Positions 57,360 through 64,000 of a stretch of DNA of 64,000 nt are shown piece after piece. Positions within the stretch are counted from its first letter, which is position 1, and every line of letters starts with the position of its first letter. Origin of the DNA: Clostridia bacterium (GTDB lineage: Bacteria; Bacillota; Clostridia; UMGS1883); contig JBJDXJ010000009.1 of the NCBI GenBank assembly GCA_051866635.1, positions 1-64,000 of the forward strand, in the 5' to 3' direction. A program made the position numbers and the translations under genes. Below the pieces are notes generated by a model that ran no database searches, had not been told where the DNA came from, and saw only the letters and a list, made by a program, of their open reading frames with translations.

Positions 57360-57544
57360 TCTTTGGTAAATGGTTAATATTGAGTTACACACTAATATAT
57401 GTCATAATACCGGTATATGGATGGTGTGGTAGATAGGTGACGCATGTCTTCTTTTCATTTCGGTATATTTCTACTTAAAAACGGGACTTTTGTTTTATTG
57501 TGTAAGAAATACCATGTTGATATAATTTTGTTGAGGTGTTCAGC

Positions 57545-59236
57545 ATGGAATTGATTTTTTTGGAAAGTTTATACAAAGAAAAGCTGTGGGGCAGTGAAAC
57601 ATGGCTTATCAGTGCACATAAAAACGGAGAGACAAAAATACAATCGGGGGAATATAAAGGGAAATTTTTAAGCGAGGTTTATAATAATTTTCCCCTTTTA
57701 GTCAAGATAATTGACGCTAAGGACGATTTAAGTATACAGGTTCATCCAAATGATGAATATGCAAAAAAATATGAAAATTCAAAGGGAAAAACCGAATGTT
57801 GGTATGTACTTGATTGCAAAGAAGATGCAAGTCTTATTATAGGTCATAACGCAAAGGATAAGACGGAGCTTACAAGTATGATACAAAAAGGGGAGTGGAA
57901 CTCACTCCTAAGGGAAGTCAAGATTAAAAAAGGGGACTTTTTTCAGATTGAACCGGGCACAATCCATGCAATAAAAGGGGGAGTAAAAATACTTGAAATA
58001 CAAGAGTCCAGCGATATTACATACCGCCTTTACGATTATGACCGCCTTGAGAATGGAAAACCCAGAGAGCTTCACACAAAAGAAAGTATAGAAAACATAA
58101 CATGCCCCTTTGAAGAAAAGGTTTGCAGGAAGTTTTCAGGTGAACTTGTGTCGTGTATGTACTATACCGTTGAAAAAATAAATGTGGCAGGGAATAAAAT
58201 TTTAAAATCAAAAAATCAACCTGTTATTGTAAGTTGTATAGAGGGCGAAGGATATGCTGACGATGAGAAAATCCAGTTTGGTACAAGTTTTATAATACCG
58301 CCTTTTCATGAAACAACTATGCAGGGCGATATGGAAATTATCCTAAGCTATGAAAAAAGAGAAAATGTAAAAATTGGTATTGACCTTGGCGGTACAAATA
58401 TTGCCGTGGGATTAGTTGACCGCTTTGGTAGATTAATTGATAAAATATCAAGCCCCACAAAAAGTGAAAGAGGGATAGATGCCATAGTAAGTGACATTGT
58501 GCTCCTTTGTAACACTATCGCAGAGAAAAATAATCTTTCAATGAAAGATATTGTTTCTGTTGGAATAGGGTGCCCCGGAACAATAGATGCGGAAGGTGGC
58601 GTTGTTGTATATTCAAATAATATAAGGATGGACAACGTACCTTTAAGGGATATGCTTGAAGAAAAGCTCAAGGTGAAGGTTAACATTGAAAACGATGCAA
58701 ATGCCGCCGCTTTCGGAGAATATATAACAAATTTCAAAGATGCAAAAAGTTTTGTGCTTATGACCCTTGGCACAGGTGTAGGAAGCGGACTTGTGATAGA
58801 CGGAAAGCTTTACCGTGGCTTTAACGGTGCGGGATTTGAGTGCGGACATATGATAATCCACCCAAATGGCGAAAAATGCACCTGTGGCAATTTAGGTTGC
58901 CTTGAAGCATACGCATCGGCAAGTGCATTGAAAAAGCGTGGAGAAGACAGTTGCGAAAACATATTTGCCCTTGCACATAATGGCAACGATAAATACCAAA
59001 GGGTGCTTGATGATTACATAACCGATTTAAGCATCGGTGTAGGCAATGTGATTAATATTATCCAGCCTGAGGTTCTGGCAATAGGTGGCGGAGTCAGTAA
59101 CGCAGGAGATGAACTTTTAAACCCCTTAAAAGAAAAGGTAAAAGATATGGATTTTAATAAACACCTTAGTAAAACCGAGATAGTTACTGCAAAACTGAAA
59201 AACGATGCAGGAATTATAGGTGCGGCATTAATTTAA
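57545..59236 (+). CDS. Fusion of type I mannose-6-phosphate isomerase and ROK-family sugar kinase
   Basis: PMI half: FPLLVKIIDAKDDLSIQVHP, GKTECWY, GTIHA, EIQESSDITYRLYDY. ROK half: GIDLGGT, ENDANAAA, TLGTGVG, GH...CTCG...GCLE, IGGG. Confidence 0.88.
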   Translation: MELIFLESLYKEKLWGSETWLISAHKNGETKIQSGEYKGKFLSEVYNNFPLLVKIIDAKDDLSIQVHPNDEYAKKYENSKGKTECWYVLDCKEDASLIIGHNAKDKTELTSMIQKGEWNSLLREVKIKKGDFFQIEPGTIHAIKGGVKILEIQESSDITYRLYDYDRLENGKPRELHTKESIENITCPFEEKVCRKFSGELVSCMYYTVEKINVAGNKILKSKNQPVIVSCIEGEGYADDEKIQFGTSFIIPPFHETTMQGDMEIILSYEKRENVKIGIDLGGTNIAVGLVDRFGRLIDKISSPTKSERGIDAIVSDIVLLCNTIAEKNNLSMKDIVSVGIGCPGTIDAEGGVVVYSNNIRMDNVPLRDMLEEKLKVKVNIENDANAAAFGEYITNFKDAKSFVLMTLGTGVGSGLVIDGKLYRGFNGAGFECGHMIIHPNGEKCTCGNLGCLEAYASASALKKRGEDSCENIFALAHNGNDKYQRVLDDYITDLSIGVGNVINIIQPEVLAIGGGVSNAGDELLNPLKEKVKDMDFNKHLSKTEIVTAKLKNDAGIIGAALI

Positions 59237-59238
59237 AC

Positions 59239-59286
59239 AAAACACAGACCTCAAAGACGGGCTATGTCCTTTGAGGTCTGTGTTTT
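59239..59286. terminator. Bidirectional terminator related to the last hairpin of the repeat element
   Basis: AAAACACAGACCTCAAAG...CTTTGAGGTCTGTGTTTT, 18-bp stem. Confidence 0.75.
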
Positions 59287-59360
59287 TAATAATTAATAAT
59301 GAAAAAATGAATGATGAATAATTTCGGAAAATTTTCCATAAGGCGAAAATTTGTTTATGT

Positions 59361-60719
59361 CTATTCAAAACTAATATTATCCGTGTAATCACCGATTAAA
59401 ATGTTTTCTTTAATATCCCGACCGTGTTCGGTTACATTTTTAAATTTGATGTTATAAACTTTTCTTTCCTCATCATACCCCGATATACGTGAGGGCATTT
59501 CCCCGTAACCTGAATATGTAATGTTTTCAAAGTTTATATCGTGTATGGCTTTGCCCGGGATGGGGTTATAGGTAGAATTGTGACAAACCCTTAAATCAAT
59601 AAGCCGTCCACGTTGATATTGCTCCACACGTATATTTTTGTAGGAAATATTTCTTGCGGTATTACCGTCGCCAACATTTATTGCAAGAACACCTGTATAA
59701 TCATCCTGCGGCTCGTGGTGGTTTAACACATCGATATTTTCAAATGTAATATCTTCGATTGTATCTCCGCCTTTTTCGTGGTTTCCGTGGCATCCTATTG
59801 TTGTGGGATGGGCAACATCTGCCCAAAGGGTGGAATTTTTCACTGTAATATTTCGGCTGTCACCGTAAAAGGACCATCTGCTTCCGTAGATTGCAATGCA
59901 GTCGTCGCTGTTTCGCATAAAAACAGAGTCAATTACAATGTTTTCACTGCTCATAATATCAATTCCGTCGCTCCATCCCTGGCAACTGAAACTCTTTATG
60001 TCCTTGATATTTACATTTTTACTTCCTCCTACACCAATGCTGTAATGGGGAGGATTGACAATTGAAATGCCTTCTATATCCACGTTAGAGCAGTGTGATA
60101 TGTTTATGCCATGAAAACAACTGAAATGTGGGTACTGATGCAGATTTATCATTCCGTTGCCGTAAATTTTCACATTTGAAACATTTACACAGTCAATGCT
60201 TCCCACTAAAACAGCACCGCCGCAAATGTATAAAGAGGAATTGTTTTTCATCTTTAGTGAACAACCGCCTATAAAATGCACACCCGGCAAAAGAATTGCA
60301 GAGTTATTTTCAATTGAAATTTCATCCCCATGAATACCGGGGGCAATCAGATTTCCGGAGGGACGTGAAATGGGCTTTTGGGCAAAGATATGCAGATTAT
60401 GATAAATGTCGTCATTTATTTCAACTGAAATGTTTACGGGCCTATCCAGCTTGAATTTTATTTTTCTCTGCTCGTAGTCAAAATTTATATTAAGGCTTTC
60501 GGGACGGATTTTGTAACGCCATGCATAACTTAAAGGGCATTCAATTTCAATTTCCGTTTCATCTTCAAAATCAAATGCTACCATTGAGGCACTTTGCACA
60601 GAGTGCATATCAACATACACTCTGTGCACAAAGGCTTCCTCTCCGTTTATGCGTACTATAAAATCCCGACTTTCATCATTGAAATTACTGTCACAGCAAT
60701 ATTTAGGGTAAATGCTCAT
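59361..60719 (-). CDS. GH28-like pectin-lyase-fold glycoside hydrolase
   Basis: NVKIYGNG, WSDGIDI, RNSDDCIAI and beta-helix repeats. No obvious signal peptide. Confidence 0.72.
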   Translation of the reverse strand: MSIYPKYCCDSNFNDESRDFIVRINGEEAFVHRVYVDMHSVQSASMVAFDFEDETEIEIECPLSYAWRYKIRPESLNINFDYEQRKIKFKLDRPVNISVEINDDIYHNLHIFAQKPISRPSGNLIAPGIHGDEISIENNSAILLPGVHFIGGCSLKMKNNSSLYICGGAVLVGSIDCVNVSNVKIYGNGMINLHQYPHFSCFHGINISHCSNVDIEGISIVNPPHYSIGVGGSKNVNIKDIKSFSCQGWSDGIDIMSSENIVIDSVFMRNSDDCIAIYGSRWSFYGDSRNITVKNSTLWADVAHPTTIGCHGNHEKGGDTIEDITFENIDVLNHHEPQDDYTGVLAINVGDGNTARNISYKNIRVEQYQRGRLIDLRVCHNSTYNPIPGKAIHDINFENITYSGYGEMPSRISGYDEERKVYNIKFKNVTEHGRDIKENILIGDYTDNISFE

Positions 60720-60736
60720 TGTCTTTTCTCCTGTTT

Positions 60737-63700
60737 TTAATTCTGTATGGATTTAATTGTAATGCTTTCGCCTCTTTCACCGTGACGGTTTATGGGGGTT
60801 ATGCGGTAATAGGGCTTTAAATTTGTTATATTGTACTTTTGTGAAACAAGGTTATCTGTTTCAAGCGTGAAAATTTCACCGTCATTTGATGACTCAACCA
60901 AAATGTACTTATTGTCAATTCTCTTTTGAATATAAAGAATATTATCCTTAATTTCCCAATCTTTAATGGGGAATGGCTTTAAAAGTGTTTCCTTTTGTAA
61001 AACAGCATTTTCATTTTCGGTGGAGCCTAAGTAGTAAGACTGGGGAAAGGGCAAAATTTCACGGCGAAGAAGTGTCCAGTCTTTTCCCTCCGATGCGAAA
61101 AACGCCACAGAATGTAAGTCCTTATCAACCAAAAGTTTAAGTTTTACAAAATTACCTTTGGGGAGAGTAAAACATAGTGGACTTAATTTTTCCTGTGAGA
61201 AGGTGTAAATAGTGTTTTTACTGCGTGTTCTTATAACAATTTTGTCACCTTCAAAACCTATGTAGGCGTAACGAGCGTTTTCACAAAGGTTTTCACGTGC
61301 CATCACGCTTGAATTGGATGTAGCTGACATATCACCATGCACTGCTTTTGCATAAAAATAAAGTGAATCCAATATATTGCGTTCTCTTGCGTGATAGTCG
61401 TTTCCTTCACCAAAGTAAACACCCTTTGTGTCAGGGCTTCCTATTTTTACGGCCATAAAACCGCCACACTTTTCAGCCTTAACGGTACATACAGGTGAAG
61501 GGATACTTTCGCCATATTTATTTACTGAGGTGACAAAGTATGTGTATTCCAATCCTTCTTTGACAGAGGCATCTTCATACACTGTGTCTTTTGTATTTTT
61601 TATAAGAATTCCGTCACGGTAAATGTTATAGCTTTCACCGCTTGATGCTTTCCATGAAAGAAGCGTGCCATTTTGGTGAGTGATAGCTCTGAAATAAGTA
61701 ACGGAGGAAGGTGTTAAAATTTCGTCATCGGTTTTTATAACTCTGTAGCTGAAAGGTTCAAGAGTAATTTTTTCACCGTTTATCTCAAAAGGAAGTGTGT
61801 AAGCCTTTGCGTTTTGGTAGCTTTCACGTGTGGTGTTGCAAGCAATAAAGTATTTATCAATCTTTGTCCAGATTACATCGGGATAGCCTGAATATGGTGT
61901 GTCAACTTCATAATTTTCACGAAGAACTGTACCAATACCCTTCTGATACGTAATGCTCTGTTCTTCACCGCAAAGTGCTTGTGGTGTTGAACCGAATTCA
62001 AGAAGAGGTTCGGGTCCCCGACAGTAGGAATTTGAACCTGAGGAGTCATAAATAAAGTCCATATTTACATTTTGCTGACGGATAAACTCTCCGCCCTTTG
62101 TAAATGCACCGTCAGTTTTAAACTGTGTCAAATGATGTGTGCCGTTCTTTATAATGTGTGCTCTGCCGTAACCTGAAAAGCCACGGCTTCTGTGGTTAAG
62201 CTGGGCAAAAATATGTGTATCCTTATCCCTTAGTGACAGATTAAGGTTGTCAATGTCAAAGAAAACGAAGTGTTCCTCTACGGGAAGATTTACATTGTAC
62301 TTATTAATTGACAAATCCGTATGGGGGAGAAGGTATGTAATATCATCCTTACAAATATCAAGTATTGTTCTGTCAATTCTGAAATCGTTGTAATTGGGCA
62401 CAAGCTCATCCAATACTCCTTTTAAGTTGCCGTCAAGATTTTGCTGACGGAAGGCATCAAGAGCTTTCTTTGCATAAAGTTTATACTTATCCCAATCTCT
62501 TGATTTATATCTTTCACTATGCTCATCCATATGCCTTTTCAAAGATGCAAAAAGCATTGTACGTTTGTCGTGAACTATTGCACCGTAAGCAGGCTTTGAA
62601 TTCATTGTGGGGTTTCTTTCGTCAATTGCCTGTTCCATAAGCATTATGGGGTTATTGTTTTCGTCTGTACCGGAATAACGCATGAAAAGTCTTCCGTTTA
62701 TGTTTTCAAGTGCCATTTTCAAAATTTCATCTGACAATTCCCAATCACCGTGATTAAAAGTGCGATACACCCATTCGGGCATATAATTAAGGGTTTCACC
62801 GTAGTTGGCAACGTAACCGTTTTCACGGGGCATATACATATGTGTTAAGGGGTAATAGTTTTCACCATAGGGCTTGCGGCGAAGAAAGTCACCCTTTTCG
62901 TCTTTGCCCTGGACTGCCTGCCCTGTGCAGACAATGTTTTTAAAATCATCTGTAAAAACAGCCGATTGGTCATGGTGGAAAAGACAGTGATACAAGTCAA
63001 GCTCGCGGCCTGATGAGTCAAAAAGAATATGTTCCCCAAGCCATGGTGCTATGCCTAAGGCTTCCTTTAAAATGCGGTCACATTTTTCTTTGCCGATATA
63101 GTATTTGCTGCCTATAACACCAAGACCTGCCATAGATTTCCATGCACCCTCATATGTATAGTACGTCTGGTTAAATATATAGCTTTGTCGTGCGGAAGCA
63201 AAGTCAAAGTTTGCCTTTAAACATAATTCCCAGGCTTCTTTTTTTGTTCTCTTACCATCAAAGGGTGATGCGAGATATTCTTGGAATTTGTCCTTGTCAA
63301 GGAGCTTTTCTATTATATAAAGCCCCTGACCCAATTCCCCGTAGTAACCGCCCCAGTCACTTTGGTGAGAAGTTCTTAGCAAACTTTGAGGGTTTTCAAA
63401 ATAGTCCTTTACGTAAAGGTTTATACAATTCAAAATTAAGTCACATGCTTCACTCTTATCCTCTAAGGGGCAATAAGGCTCAAAAAGCATCATACAGAAG
63501 TGGCGGAATTCTTCAACATATTTTGTGATGGAGAGCTTTTCCCCACGGCGTAATTTTTCAAGTGAATTGTTAAAATATTCAACCTGTTTTGCGATGTATT
63601 TATCAGAAAAAGCCTTTGCATCATTAATGGAGAAATCCTCCGATTTTTTTATGGTAACACCTGTTTTGTTTTCCGGCAGGTCAAAAGACGGGCAAAGGGT

Positions 63701-64000
63701 TGAATAAGCCTCAAAAATTTTGCCGTTAACCTCATAAATGTCATCATAAGGCTCGCCCTGCCTGAGTGAAAGTGTTATCTCATGTTTGTTTTTTGTACAC
63801 CAGATGGGAATAGCTGTAGTTACATAAAAGTAGTTTGCAGGGTTAAAGGAACCGTAACAAAGATTTAATGCTTCAAAATCACCGCATTTTGCATAGCCTA
63901 ACTGCTTGCCGTCAATGTACAAAAATATTGGTGTGTATTTATCGGAGGAGTGTAATTTTAAAGAAAAATAGTTTTGTTTATATGGGTCAACCTTAATTTT
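60737..64000 (-). CDS. Large uncharacterised protein with an Fn3 domain (5' end outside window)
   Basis: Frame stays open to the window edge (KIKVDPYKQNYFSLKL...). Fn3 pattern LSW...YNIYRDG...Y.D...YTYFVTSVN..GES. Confidence 0.65.
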   Translation of the reverse strand, partial: KIKVDPYKQNYFSLKLHSSDKYTPIFLYIDGKQLGYAKCGDFEALNLCYGSFNPANYFYVTTAIPIWCTKNKHEITLSLRQGEPYDDIYEVNGKIFEAYSTLCPSFDLPENKTGVTIKKSEDFSINDAKAFSDKYIAKQVEYFNNSLEKLRRGEKLSITKYVEEFRHFCMMLFEPYCPLEDKSEACDLILNCINLYVKDYFENPQSLLRTSHQSDWGGYYGELGQGLYIIEKLLDKDKFQEYLASPFDGKRTKKEAWELCLKANFDFASARQSYIFNQTYYTYEGAWKSMAGLGVIGSKYYIGKEKCDRILKEALGIAPWLGEHILFDSSGRELDLYHCLFHHDQSAVFTDDFKNIVCTGQAVQGKDEKGDFLRRKPYGENYYPLTHMYMPRENGYVANYGETLNYMPEWVYRTFNHGDWELSDEILKMALENINGRLFMRYSGTDENNNPIMLMEQAIDERNPTMNSKPAYGAIVHDKRTMLFASLKRHMDEHSERYKSRDWDKYKLYAKKALDAFRQQNLDGNLKGVLDELVPNYNDFRIDRTILDICKDDITYLLPHTDLSINKYNVNLPVEEHFVFFDIDNLNLSLRDKDTHIFAQLNHRSRGFSGYGRAHIIKNGTHHLTQFKTDGAFTKGGEFIRQQNVNMDFIYDSSGSNSYCRGPEPLLEFGSTPQALCGEEQSITYQKGIGTVLRENYEVDTPYSGYPDVIWTKIDKYFIACNTTRESYQNAKAYTLPFEINGEKITLEPFSYRVIKTDDEILTPSSVTYFRAITHQNGTLLSWKASSGESYNIYRDGILIKNTKDTVYEDASVKEGLEYTYFVTSVNKYGESIPSPVCTVKAEKCGGFMAVKIGSPDTKGVYFGEGNDYHARERNILDSLYFYAKAVHGDMSATSNSSVMARENLCENARYAYIGFEGDKIVIRTRSKNTIYTFSQEKLSPLCFTLPKGNFVKLKLLVDKDLHSVAFFASEGKDWTLLRREILPFPQSYYLGSTENENAVLQKETLLKPFPIKDWEIKDNILYIQKRIDNKYILVESSNDGEIFTLETDNLVSQKYNITNLKPYYRITPINRHGERGESITIKSIQN

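Larger units (their letters stand above)
53903..57469. mobile_element. Inserted restriction-modification cassette bounded by a 20-bp direct repeat
   Basis: TCTTTTCATTTCGGTATATT at 53903-53922 and 57450-57469. Interior looks more AT-rich than the flanks. No integrase or transposase inside. Confidence 0.75.

Noticed and set aside
1-64000. CRISPR array, tRNA, rRNA, prophage, integrase or transposase
   Set aside because: No regularly spaced repeats, RNA-gene signatures or mobility-protein motifs were seen. Short RNAs could be missed by eye.

Overview
Chromosomal window from a low-GC, spore-forming Clostridia member (spoIIGA-sigE, yqfC/yqfD, ylbJ, sleB) that appears to be a plant-glycan degrader. 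Core content: htpG, malQ, aroB-aroA-aroC-pheA, carD-ispD-ispF, a Fur-family regulator with a Zn/Mn ABC transporter, phoH-HD-ybeY-dgkA-era, rnc and thrS. Accessory content: a hydroxyproline dehydratase (HypD-type glycyl radical enzyme) with its activase, several large secreted CAZymes including a 2748-aa protein with three GH43-like modules and one GH51, and a ManA-ROK kinase fusion. Three observations stand out. (1) A 3.5-kb restriction-modification cassette (53903-57469) is bounded by a perfect 20-bp direct repeat. It encodes an HhaI-like endonuclease, a C-protein, an unknown 100-aa ORF and two C5-methyltransferases of different lineages that both resemble GCGC enzymes. One methyltransferase lies behind a perfect 41-bp palindromic promoter holding the only two GCGC sites I could find in the window. 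(2) A family of highly structured non-coding elements with compensatory stem changes sits at the foot of terminators and behaves like IS1182-type MITEs. (3) A dense DnaA-box cluster lies upstream of rnc with no dnaA in the window. No rRNA, tRNA or CRISPR array was seen. All family assignments come from motif recognition and recalled sequences, not from database searches.
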